The notes: generated by a model from the letters alone, not told the origin. Positions 1 to 7,963 are shown, counted from the first letter of the stretch. The stretch is 53,098 bases of DNA from a virus (IMGVR_UViG_3300025637_000017:1-53098); one strand, 5' to 3'. Translations and numbers: made by a program.

Positions 1-29
1 GCTATTTTCAGCGATTGTCAAGCTATTTT

Positions 30-57
30 TTGCCATTATTCCGCTTTATTTTATACT
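30..57 (+). promoter_or_regulatory. Sigma70-like promoter TTGCCA-N16-TATACT
   Basis: Hexamers read directly; same 16-bp spacing as the other promoters in this genome. Confidence 0.55.
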
Positions 58-73
58 GTATATACGTACAGTA
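54..73. promoter_or_regulatory. LexA (SOS) box
   Basis: TACTGTATATACGTACAGTA, 18/20 to the E. coli consensus TACTGTATATATATACAGTA; CTGT-N8-ACAG intact; overlaps the -10 and +1. Confidence 0.75.
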
Positions 74-78
74 TCGGA

Positions 79-313
79 CCATTCACCAAACTTATGTCCG
101 CCATTCACTAAATGAATCATGGGCGATCGGGTACTATTCACCAAATCAATGACAAAGCCCACCCCCATTCACGAAATCAATAGTCCTCACGGATTCACTT
201 TCACCCATATTTCCACAGATGCAAGTTGCACTTTGCTCCCACCGAAGTTGCACTTTCGTTGCCGCGGTTCCACAGATGCAAGTTGCACTTTCATTCGGTC
301 GAAGTTGCACTTT
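79..313. repeat. Iteron-like repeat array
   Basis: ATTCAC at 81, 103, 136, 167, 193; AAGTTGCACTTT at 223, 245, 280, 302; 24-bp TTCCACAGATGCAAGTTGCACTTT twice. Confidence 0.85.
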
Positions 314-323
314 CATGTAGACG

Positions 324-356
324 AAAAAAAGCCCTCTCTGAATTAACGGAGAGGGC
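324..356 (-). terminator. Rho-independent terminator
   Basis: GCCCTCTC/GAGAGGGC stem followed by T7 on the minus strand, downstream of 406..816. Confidence 0.8.
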
Positions 357-405
357 GAACGTGCTCTTCAACAAACACAAAGGTAAAACTTTTCTTAAAA
401 ATAAA

Positions 406-816
406 CTATTCGTGATCGATTACTGCTATAAGTTGCTTAGCTAGATCATCTTTGATCAGTGATATCATCTTTCGATGAGCGCCATGGGTCCTGTTTGTTG
501 CCGCTAACCAGTCCTCTCTTCTCTTGGACCTACTTTTTCTGGGCGTGAGATACTCTACAAACAAGGCTGATCTCCTTTCCTCAGACAAGGTCCTTATCCT
601 GTCCTCGAGCACTGTTACCAGTTCCTGTTGCCTGTCGGTCGGTACTGGCGGTGGAGTGTAGACATTATTCTGGGCGTTGTTGTTCTTAACGAGCTCTCCT
701 AGCCAAGATCTATGCCCCAGCTCTCTTAAACTACCTCTATTAGAGCTCAGCACCTGATGCGACCACTCCTCCAGAAGATCGTTCAAGAGCCGTCTTGATG
801 GGTCCTTACTAGTCAT
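406..816 (-). CDS. Putative antiterminator Q-like protein
   Basis: 136 aa; LLEEW N-terminal helix, I..L....L...Y segment and HTH-like C-terminus resemble phage 21-type Q; a promoter/terminator late leader is present at 49817..50011. Confidence 0.45.
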   Translation of the reverse strand: MTSKDPSRRLLNDLLEEWSHQVLSSNRGSLRELGHRSWLGELVKNNNAQNNVYTPPPVPTDRQQELVTVLEDRIRTLSEERRSALFVEYLTPRKSRSKRREDWLAATNRTHGAHRKMISLIKDDLAKQLIAVIDHE

Positions 817-1110
817 CTACAGCGATTGGGTTCTGGTAATGACTTCCGCAGTATCCTCAGACTGACCAGATCTCTTCCGATAATGGATATCAACATTATG
901 TACGCACATGCCGTCGGATATTCTGGTGAACTTGTTCACTGCGTCCGTGATCGCTTGATCCATTTCGGCCTTCGCTCTGCGGACCACCCTCAAAGACACA
1001 AGGTCAGGTTGGGATTTGGTTTTTGGTTTTTCGATTTCCGAAAACGAATTTCGAATTTCTTTTTTTGAATTTCGAAAATCTTTTTTGGTTTTTTGAATTT
1101 CAGATTTCAT
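817..1110 (-). CDS. Hypothetical protein (start uncertain)
   Basis: ORF abuts the Q-like gene; N-terminus lies in a low-complexity A-tract region. Confidence 0.5.
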   Translation of the reverse strand: MKSEIQKTKKDFRNSKKEIRNSFSEIEKPKTKSQPDLVSLRVVRRAKAEMDQAITDAVNKFTRISDGMCVHNVDIHYRKRSGQSEDTAEVITRTQSL

Positions 1111-1154
1111 TTTTGGTTTTCCTAATTTGGTTTTTGTGATTCGAGTTTCGAAAA

Positions 1155-1280
1155 CTAAAGACCGTTATCGTCGTCGTTGTTCGAGTGTATCCAATAACTG
1201 ATGCACCAAGCCGCTCCAAACCAAACAACCGCTACAAGTGAGCTCATAGTGATAAAAGAAACATAATCCAGACCGTTCAT
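1155..1280 (-). CDS. Small membrane protein
   Basis: GAGG upstream of ATG; one hydrophobic helix; 3' part of ORF 1155..1430. Confidence 0.45.
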   Translation of the reverse strand: MNGLDYVSFITMSSLVAVVWFGAAWCISYWIHSNNDDDNGL

Positions 1281-1316
1281 AACTTCCTCTCTTTGCATAA
1301 TAAATGCTATGTGTTT

Positions 1317-1435
1317 TGAGCTATATGTAAACCACAAACAGCTCATATGGTATTCGTCCGCCCCATGATAACGGTCGGGCGGTTGACCGATCTGACTTCC
1401 CCTCGGATACGCCAAGAGGTCGGCTATCAATACCA
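1317..1435 (-). ncRNA. Candidate structured RNA (multi-stem with pseudoknot, plus downstream hairpin)
   Basis: Complementary segments read by eye; G-U pairs favour the minus strand. Confidence 0.35.
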
Positions 1436-1436
1436 G

Positions 1437-2054
1437 TTAGATTCCTTCTTTTCCTTCTTTCGGATAAATTCTGTCAGCCATAGTTTTCACCTTTTCAACT
1501 GGCTTTTTCTTCCACGCCAAGTATGGCAGATCGTTTCCCTTCTGATAAACTCTAGCGTAGAGCATAAGCATCTGCAAGTTGCACATTACGTGCGCCCAGT
1601 GGGGCTGACCACTATCATCATCGTTCTTGTAAGGATCATCCTTCATCTTCAGAAGGTGTCTTGCTGCACAACCAAACGGGACGCTCCATGGCATTCCCTT
1701 AGCCCAGTTCCAAGCTTTGTATTTCCGTTTACCAAACTCCCAAACGTGCGCTACCGAGTCGTACCCAGAGTATTCAGATATTGTTAGGTTTGATTTTGCT
1801 GCGAGCTGGAGCATTATTTTGTCTCCGAGTACTCTAATGAACTCAATATCTCCAGTGAGCTGAAAGTCCGATAGGTTCCTCCAACACTCGCGGAGCACAG
1901 GATCCTTGAACTGGGGCCCGCCCATATCCTTGAGTATGATCAACGAGTAGTCTGGTTTACCAGAGTTGTATCTGGCTCCAGTACCGATATCATCCGAATC
2001 GATATCCCCAACACAGTTCTCTTTGTTCCAAGCTTCTGCTGTCTCTGAATCCAT
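1437..2054 (-). CDS. dATP/dGTP diphosphohydrolase (DUF5664 family)
   Basis: GARYNSGKPDYSLI, FGKRKY..WNWAKG, ARHL, DDDSGQPHWAHVMCN motifs. Confidence 0.85.
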   Translation of the reverse strand: MDSETAEAWNKENCVGDIDSDDIGTGARYNSGKPDYSLIILKDMGGPQFKDPVLRECWRNLSDFQLTGDIEFIRVLGDKIMLQLAAKSNLTISEYSGYDSVAHVWEFGKRKYKAWNWAKGMPWSVPFGCAARHLLKMKDDPYKNDDDSGQPHWAHVMCNLQMLMLYARVYQKGNDLPYLAWKKKPVEKVKTMADRIYPKEGKEGI

Positions 2055-2132
2055 AACTAGTGCCTTTATGTTTTGAAGGAGAGTAGTTTACAACATTACT
2101 CTGCCCGCGGCAACCAAAACCTTCTCTGATCC

Positions 2133-2510
2133 CAGAGTACAAAACTCGTTTTTCAAAAAAACCTTTTGAAATCAATGACTTACGTAAGAATTACCTCTCA
2201 AAGTACACAAAGTACAAAAGTACAGGAAGTTTTGTACTCGTTTTGTACTCTCTTTTTCCCTTTAAAATCAAGGACTTACGAGCGCAAAACCGCCAGAGTA
2301 CAAAACTTTTCGAAAAAAGCCCAAAAAAGTTTAAATTCTAGATTCTGTTTATAGAACCCTATAACCCTTATTATATATTTCTAAAGTTTAAAAGTAGTAA
2401 TAGAAGTGTACTCTATGTCCTCGTTCTCCTAACTCCTTGATTTTAAAGGGTTTTTCGAGAGTACAAGAAGAGTACAAAAGTACACGAAAGTTTTGTACTC
2501 TTGTACTCTA
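2133..2510. other. Putative replication origin
   Basis: Non-coding; 13 GTAC-centred repeats in both orientations (GAGTACAA/TTGTACTC); AT-rich centre; IHF-consensus sites at 2170, 2266 and 2430 (-). Confidence 0.6.
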
Positions 2511-2727
2511 ATGGACAAATGTCAGCTAAAACCCCTCACAAACATAAACTCGTTGTAATAAACCATACACATGTCCAGTAGCCAAGAATCAAGGACCTCG
2601 GACCAAAACTCAAAAAAGGAGCTCCGATTTCCAAAAAACTTGTCCCAAGCACCCCGCAGCCAGTCATAAGAAACTCGGACCAAGAACCACTTTTTTACCA
2701 AAAAGAACCAAGAACCCTGAAATAATA

Positions 2728-2767
2728 GTAAAACAGTTCTTTACTTAAAGTAAGCTTCGTGTATACT
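2728..2767 (+). promoter_or_regulatory. Early promoter TTTACT-N16-TATACT with GTAAA-N7-TTTAC palindrome
   Basis: Directly upstream of the 2800 gene cluster; near copy at 5218..5257. Confidence 0.7.
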
Positions 2768-2799
2768 GTACCTTCAGTTAAAGTTTATCGGAGAAACAA

Positions 2800-3054
2800 A
2801 TGAAGAGATTGACCAGCCACAGAATCAACACTGCTATAAAGGAAGTAACGGGTGTTGATGCTAAGGTATTTCTAGAGCCGAACGTGAGCGCACATTTCTA
2901 CAGTGACGACGAGCGCACCTCGGAGATCTTATCTAGGACCGATACGGGTGTTATGGTAGCTCGTTACTCCCACCTAACTCTAGAACAGTGGGTTGATAGC
3001 TTTAAACTAATCTGGAACAACGCACAGAACGTGTTAAAAGGAGAATCAGAATGA
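2800..3054 (+). CDS. Hypothetical protein
   Basis: GGAG RBS; first gene after the promoter. Confidence 0.75.
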   Translation: MKRLTSHRINTAIKEVTGVDAKVFLEPNVSAHFYSDDERTSEILSRTDTGVMVARYSHLTLEQWVDSFKLIWNNAQNVLKGESE

Positions 3055-3296
3055 ACAGAGTATGGATAGAGTTAGAGATTCAGGACAGCGATGAGAAGAA
3101 CCACTCGGTCGCGAAATTAGCGAGCAACATGATTCGTAGACTCTGCCCAGATGCGGAGAACTCGAAGCGAGACACATTCTGGTTCTGCCAAGATAACCAA
3201 CAGTTCTGTGTTGTGATCGATCAAGCTGGCGGTTTCCAAAGACTGAACGACAACGGTCATTGGTTCAACCTTGATCACCTAGGACGGGAGGCGTAA
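3051..3296 (+). CDS. Hypothetical protein
   Basis: AGGAG RBS, ATGA overlap. Confidence 0.75.
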   Translation: MNRVWIELEIQDSDEKNHSVAKLASNMIRRLCPDAENSKRDTFWFCQDNQQFCVVIDQAGGFQRLNDNGHWFNLDHLGREA

Positions 3297-3514
3297 TGAA
3301 AACCAAACAAGAAATCAAGCACGCACTAAGAACGGGGAAGCCAGTTATTTGTTATGGTCCCCTGATGAACGGCGAGTTCTACGTAGATGATAAGGAGGGC
3401 CTGAGGGTTGCTTATGATGGTCATGGGAGCGAGCCCGCGGCGCCTAGGCACTATAAGTGCGCTGTTATCGGTCACGGATCAAGGAAAGAGATCCGCGGGA
3501 GAGTGGAAGCATGA
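3296..3514 (+). CDS. Hypothetical protein
   Basis: GGAGG RBS, TAATG overlap. Confidence 0.7.
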   Translation: MKTKQEIKHALRTGKPVICYGPLMNGEFYVDDKEGLRVAYDGHGSEPAAPRHYKCAVIGHGSRKEIRGRVEA

Positions 3515-3834
3515 ACGCAGCAGAAGCATACATCCTCGCTGATGAGCTCTCACAAATCAGGCATCGCCTGAAGAAACTTGAGCAAAAACAAGAGGTTAGA
3601 GAAGAAACTAAACGAAACATCTACCTAGTCACAAGAGTGGATGAGGTCGATTATGATCAGTACGAGAGTTTCGTTTGTTCCGCTATTAATGTACGGGAGG
3701 CCCTTTATATGTCTCCACGCGGTCACGAGCGTGAGTTCCCAGTTAATAGGGACACGGATCTTGAGGTTGAGTTAATCGGTGCCTACTTCGGGACCGAGAG
3801 CAAGATAATACACGCATCTTTTAACGCAGGGTAA
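3511..3834 (+). CDS. Hypothetical protein
   Basis: ATGA overlap; start reassigned to MNAAE. Confidence 0.7.
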   Translation: MNAAEAYILADELSQIRHRLKKLEQKQEVREETKRNIYLVTRVDEVDYDQYESFVCSAINVREALYMSPRGHEREFPVNRDTDLEVELIGAYFGTESKIIHASFNAG

Positions 3835-3850
3835 TTACCAAGGACAAGAA

Positions 3851-4177
3851 ATGAAGAACGCAATTCAAAACGCGATCAGAGTAGCTTGTACTGCCCAGAT
3901 CAGAAGGAACGATACTGGCGAGACCCGACTACACTCGACGGAGCTGTTTATTTTTGAGGGTGACACAGAGATCCACACCTTCAACTGGAGAGAAGGAAAT
4001 AATTCTTGCGACTGTAATCGATACCTGTACTTCGCCCGCGCTGGAGGAAACGACGTCAAATGGGATGATGAGGGAGCCACCTGTTCTGATGGGCTCTATT
4101 CCGTGAACCTTTATAGGGTCAGCGACGGACAATGCTTTTACAGCGAGTTCGAGACTGACCCAACAAAAACCTTTTAA
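3851..4177 (+). CDS. Hypothetical protein with WxEGNxSCDCNR motif
   Basis: AAGGA RBS; Cys motif suggests metal binding. Confidence 0.75.
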   Translation: MKNAIQNAIRVACTAQIRRNDTGETRLHSTELFIFEGDTEIHTFNWREGNNSCDCNRYLYFARAGGNDVKWDDEGATCSDGLYSVNLYRVSDGQCFYSEFETDPTKTF

Positions 4178-4221
4178 AAACAACAACTTAGAACCTAAAA
4201 CCAAAACACAAAAACCGAGGA

Positions 4222-4722
4222 ATGAGAATGAAAAACCCAACAAGCGATCAATTTAAGAGAGTGATAGCGAACTTCGATAAGGTGCTTCCGCACGCTCAGC
4301 TAGAGAACCACCTTGATATGTATGAAACATCTATAGCCGACTCAGAGGATGAGATATGCGGAACCCCGATGTGCCACGGTGGATGGTATGCGGCAGCTAA
4401 CAATGTTTTTGGAGACTCGGGGCCCTTCGCCCCGTTCGAGTACGAGGATGGGGCAGAGTTGCTGGCGAAGCACCTAGGCTTCGAGGAGCAGCTGGAGTTA
4501 GAGGATTGGGCTAGCTTAGCCTCGGTCTGGGGCAACACCTACGGCGAGGAAATGTTCTCGAGCCGAAACGCATTCAGTCCAGAGGAGGATCCAGAACCCG
4601 TGAGCTCTCTGTACCAGATCCGTAATTGGTGGGCGCAGGTTCATAACAGGGTTTGCCCGAACGCGGACCCAATACCCGAGATACCTTTAAATTCACTCTT
4701 ACCCAAGGAGCTAGAAGCATGA
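4222..4722 (+). CDS. Hypothetical protein, paralog of 11312..11827
   Basis: Shared ICGTPMCHxGWY, WGN..G.EMFSS and IRNWWAxVHNR motifs. Confidence 0.8.
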   Translation: MRMKNPTSDQFKRVIANFDKVLPHAQLENHLDMYETSIADSEDEICGTPMCHGGWYAAANNVFGDSGPFAPFEYEDGAELLAKHLGFEEQLELEDWASLASVWGNTYGEEMFSSRNAFSPEEDPEPVSSLYQIRNWWAQVHNRVCPNADPIPEIPLNSLLPKELEA

Positions 4723-4973
4723 AAGAAATGCCGATCAGATCCCAAGCGACACTGAGGATCGAGTTTAATCTGGGTTGTGATGTAGTGGACGCAATAGAGG
4801 AAGCTAAGCACAAGGCACGAGCACTCGATTTCGCGATAGTTGAGTTCAGCTTCAATGGTGTTGTGCTTAGAGTAAACCGATACTCGGACGTCGACGTATT
4901 AGTAGACGCGTACAGGGACGCTCTCCGTAACGGTAAGCAGTTCGCCAGCGCTTGGGTTGCGGGGTTACATTGA
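4719..4973 (+). CDS. Hypothetical protein
   Basis: AAGGAG RBS, ATGA overlap. Confidence 0.7.
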   Translation: MKEMPIRSQATLRIEFNLGCDVVDAIEEAKHKARALDFAIVEFSFNGVVLRVNRYSDVDVLVDAYRDALRNGKQFASAWVAGLH

Positions 4974-5215
4974 AGATCAGGAGAAGGCATAAACCAAGGA
5001 ACAAGCGCCCTGCTCTGAGAGAGAGTCAGCTACGCACACTTCTCAAGCGATTCGGTGAGCTCTTCCTGCCAACGCTCGTGGAGGCTTACTGGGAGAGGGC
5101 CCTGATCGCTTTCGGAGCGAACGAACAGGAGGCGACTCGTTTAGCGAAGGAAATGCGTGAGGAGTATCTAGAAACGTACACCTCTATGTTCCCGAAACTG
5201 GCTTCGGGAACATAG
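4970..5215 (+). CDS. Hypothetical protein
   Basis: TTG start overlapping the upstream stop; fills the gap. Confidence 0.55.
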   Translation: MKIRRRHKPRNKRPALRESQLRTLLKRFGELFLPTLVEAYWERALIAFGANEQEATRLAKEMREEYLETYTSMFPKLASGT

Positions 5216-5217
5216 AG

Positions 5218-5257
5218 GTAAAATAATTCTTTACTTAGTTCTGTTTTCGTGTATACT
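5218..5257 (+). promoter_or_regulatory. Early promoter TTTACT-N16-TATACT with GTAAA-N7-TTTAC palindrome
   Basis: Near copy of 2728..2767. Confidence 0.7.
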
Positions 5258-5289
5258 ACTCAAATAGATTAACGAATCGGAGAAAAAGC

Positions 5290-5550
5290 ATGTCATTAGG
5301 GCAGAGCAATATTGTAGCTACTCAGGTAAAGGCACACGACGCGATCGTTTCAGAGGGCAGAAACTACTACGTGCTCGGCACGATGCGCTTCGATGACCCC
5401 GTTACGGGAAAGCGCCACGTTATCCTGCGAGCGGTACCCTGCGGGATCTATCGGGAGAGCTATCTGGAGGATCCGCACAACGCTATAGCTCTGAGCTTAG
5501 GGGAGTGGGATAAGGTAATAAGGTTTCATCTTCGAGCGAAGCTCGGTTAA
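5290..5550 (+). CDS. Hypothetical protein
   Basis: GGAG RBS after promoter. Confidence 0.7.
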   Translation: MSLGQSNIVATQVKAHDAIVSEGRNYYVLGTMRFDDPVTGKRHVILRAVPCGIYRESYLEDPHNAIALSLGEWDKVIRFHLRAKLG

Positions 5551-5564
5551 ACAGGAGAAAAAGA

Positions 5565-5783
5565 ATGGTCGACAAGAACGATTTTAAGATAAAAGGAACT
5601 ATTACTGGGAGGGTTCCACCCACACCTCCCAGACCTTTCGTACCATCGAACTCGATCATACAAGGTATAGTAGCTGGAGCAATCAATCTAAGAGAGAAGT
5701 TTGGTAACAGGTTTGAGGATAATGGGCAGTGCAAGTACTGTGACCAGTTCGCTTGCGGGTGTGTTTGCAAGCTAGATTATTAA
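5565..5783 (+). CDS. Hypothetical protein with Cys-rich C-terminus
   Basis: AGGAG RBS; CKYC...CGCVC. Confidence 0.6.
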   Translation: MVDKNDFKIKGTITGRVPPTPPRPFVPSNSIIQGIVAGAINLREKFGNRFEDNGQCKYCDQFACGCVCKLDY

Positions 5784-5795
5784 CGGAGAAAAAGA

Positions 5796-6227
5796 ATGAT
5801 CGATACCACAGGAAAAACGTTACAAGAGGTCAGTGATGAGATCGCTGGCAAGTTGATAGAGCAGGGTAGCCGTTGCGTGCGTTCGGAGAACAGCGAGTTC
5901 CCGAACGCGGACGTCAGGTGTGCCTACTCGGACGGTGAGGGGAACCACTGTGCTATAGGCTGGTTACTGGATCCGAAGAATGAGGCAGTAATGTCCTTCG
6001 GCGGTGGTCTGGACTCAATGTCTTTAGCGGAGTTGATTTCGGAGGAGCCTAATAAGGAATTTATTTCGGAGAATCGGGAGGCGCTTATTGTTATCCAAAG
6101 GATCCATGACCACCCGAGGAAGGAGGGAAGGAGAGACAACCTCGGCGTATTAGCAATAGAGCACGGACTAGACACAAGCGCTTGGTTACCTTGGGTCGAG
6201 CTAGGAGAGGAGAGACCCTTCGCATGA
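5796..6227 (+). CDS. Hypothetical protein (CAY...CAIGW motif)
   Basis: GGAG RBS; Cys motif and Q..HD motif. Confidence 0.75.
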   Translation: MIDTTGKTLQEVSDEIAGKLIEQGSRCVRSENSEFPNADVRCAYSDGEGNHCAIGWLLDPKNEAVMSFGGGLDSMSLAELISEEPNKEFISENREALIVIQRIHDHPRKEGRRDNLGVLAIEHGLDTSAWLPWVELGEERPFA

Positions 6228-6727
6228 GCGTATACTTCACTTCCGACCTGCACCTAGGACACCTGCTCGCCTCGGATAAAAGAGGCTTCAAGGACATTAG
6301 AGTGCATGATGAGACCGTACTGGCATCATTAGCGGTTATCGATAATAAGCGAACCGTGCTCTATATTCTTGGCGATGTTGCCATGGACCCCAAGATGCTA
6401 CCGCGGCTTAAGGAACTCAAGTGCCGTAAGATATTGGTCCGAGGAAACCACGATACCTATAAGCTCTCGGAGTACTTAGATGTGTTCGAAGAGATCCATG
6501 GGTTCGTAAAGTATAAGGGTATGTGGCTAAGCCATTGCCCTATCCACCCACAAGAAATGTTTCGTGCGGAGGTTAATGTTCATGGGCACATCCATAAGGG
6601 TGCCCTGACTAAGCCTCTGGGGTTTCCTTACATCAATGTTAACTGGGACTTCTGGCATAGACCGCTAAGCCTTGACGAGGTTAAGGTCTTAATAGAATCA
6701 CGATCAGATGGGCTACTGGAGAATTAA
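6224..6727 (+). CDS. Calcineurin-like metallophosphoesterase
   Basis: SDLHLGH, LGD, GNHD, LSH, HGHIH motifs. Confidence 0.9.
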   Translation: MSVYFTSDLHLGHLLASDKRGFKDIRVHDETVLASLAVIDNKRTVLYILGDVAMDPKMLPRLKELKCRKILVRGNHDTYKLSEYLDVFEEIHGFVKYKGMWLSHCPIHPQEMFRAEVNVHGHIHKGALTKPLGFPYINVNWDFWHRPLSLDEVKVLIESRSDGLLEN

Positions 6728-6950
6728 AATGATCAATAAAATAAGAACTTGGTTCAAGGACCGAGCAGCGCGAAAAGCGGCGGAGATAGCTCGCTCCAAG
6801 GCGCTCATCCACGGGATAATGTTCCATGGGCTAGGCTCGGATAGAAAGTACAACGTGGATCGGCTCCCAGAATGGGACTACCCCTACTACCCCGAGCGCC
6901 CGACAAAGAGCTTATCCGAGCGCATAGAAGAGGAGAAAAACGATGAATAG
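6708..6950 (+). CDS. Hypothetical protein (probable start 6729)
   Basis: GGAG upstream of the MINK ATG. Confidence 0.6.
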   Translation: MGYWRIKMINKIRTWFKDRAARKAAEIARSKALIHGIMFHGLGSDRKYNVDRLPEWDYPYYPERPTKSLSERIEEEKNDE

Positions 6951-7806
6951 ATTAGAACATTTGATGCAGGTCCTAGGAGAGGAGTGTGGGGAGCTGGCTG
7001 TCAGAGCGAGCAAGATCAACCGATTCGGTTTGTCGGATAGGCTGAGTGGCGTGAGCAACCAAGATCGCTTGATAGAGGAGTTCAATGATCTTCTTGCGGT
7101 AGCGGAGCTTTTGAATGCGGAGTTTGATCTGAATCTTTTTCGGGATTACCGTATGGTCGACAAGAAGAAGGCTAAGGTCCTCAAGTACATGCAGTACGCC
7201 AAGGACCAAGGCACCCTGAACCCGTTTCGGGTTATTGATCGGGATCTTCCAGATGAGGATTACAAGAGTAGCTTGGCGATTGCTGAAGAGCTGATGGACC
7301 AGAGCAGATCAGCAGATTATTACTGCAACGGCGCGGGGGATTTGGAGCGCGAAGGATCGGAAACCATCGAGGCTCTGGTAGATGATCTAATACAGCGAGA
7401 CCGAGACGATGCGGATAGACTGGCAAGTACCGAGGAAGCGCTCACCGAGGAAGAGAACAAACTACCTGCTCGGATCAAGCTCGGTCGAAAGTTGCGGGAG
7501 GGGCAGAACTTCGAACCTCACGCGCAGGAGAATTTGCAGAACATACCGCGGGACAGTGAGCTCGGTCGTAAGATGACAAGTACGACCCAAACAGGATCCT
7601 ACGATATCTGGTGTGAAGGGTTCATCGCTACGGGGCAGGAAGGACCCGCTATGCTTATGGCAAAGAACGTCGAGGCGAGTTCCTTCGAGGAGGCTTGCAA
7701 TAAGTTTTTTCTTCTTAACGACACTCTTTATCTCGCAGAGAAACTGACTCACTGGGGGCGTAAGCTTTTTGATAATGAGGCAGACGCCCGAAAACGTTTT
7801 GGGTAG
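6943..7806 (+). CDS. MazG-like NTP pyrophosphohydrolase domain with C-terminal extensions
   Basis: EECGEL...SK..RFG...EEFNDLLAV in the first ~90 aa. Confidence 0.7.
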   Translation: MNRLEHLMQVLGEECGELAVRASKINRFGLSDRLSGVSNQDRLIEEFNDLLAVAELLNAEFDLNLFRDYRMVDKKKAKVLKYMQYAKDQGTLNPFRVIDRDLPDEDYKSSLAIAEELMDQSRSADYYCNGAGDLEREGSETIEALVDDLIQRDRDDADRLASTEEALTEEENKLPARIKLGRKLREGQNFEPHAQENLQNIPRDSELGRKMTSTTQTGSYDIWCEGFIATGQEGPAMLMAKNVEASSFEEACNKFFLLNDTLYLAEKLTHWGRKLFDNEADARKRFG

Positions 7807-7852
7807 GAGAATAAACATCACAGGAATTACGATTGATAAAAAGCAACAACCA

Positions 7853-7963
7853 CAAGCAATAAAACTCAAGCATAAAGTAATGAAACACAACAAGCGAACT
7901 AACGCACAGCACAATAAGCGAAATTAGGCAAGGCTAACCATTTTGCATGAATTTTGAACGGAG
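7853..7963. repeat. Intergenic direct repeat, copy 1 (copy 2 at 9781..9897)
   Basis: Identical blocks of 34, 19 and 24 bp. Confidence 0.85.

Larger units (their letters stand above)
1..167. repeat. Terminal direct repeat, left copy (circular-assembly overlap or terminal redundancy)
   Basis: Matches 52933..53098 except one T indel in a T-run and one C/T substitution. Confidence 0.9.

Noticed and set aside
79-313. CRISPR mini-array
   Set aside because: Repeats are 6-24 bp with short irregular spacers, and there are no cas genes
119-444. ORFs 119..346 and 226..444 as genes
   Set aside because: Built from the DNA repeats, no RBS, and they run into a terminator hairpin
1348-1435. Hammerhead or pistol ribozyme
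   Set aside because: The CUGANGA/GAAA core and pistol layout are not present
1437-2054. Z-genome (2-aminoadenine) pathway
   Set aside because: No purZ or datZ homolog is visible in the genome
1990-2354. ORFs 1990..2175 and 2166..2354
   Set aside because: Low-complexity translations of the origin-like repeats
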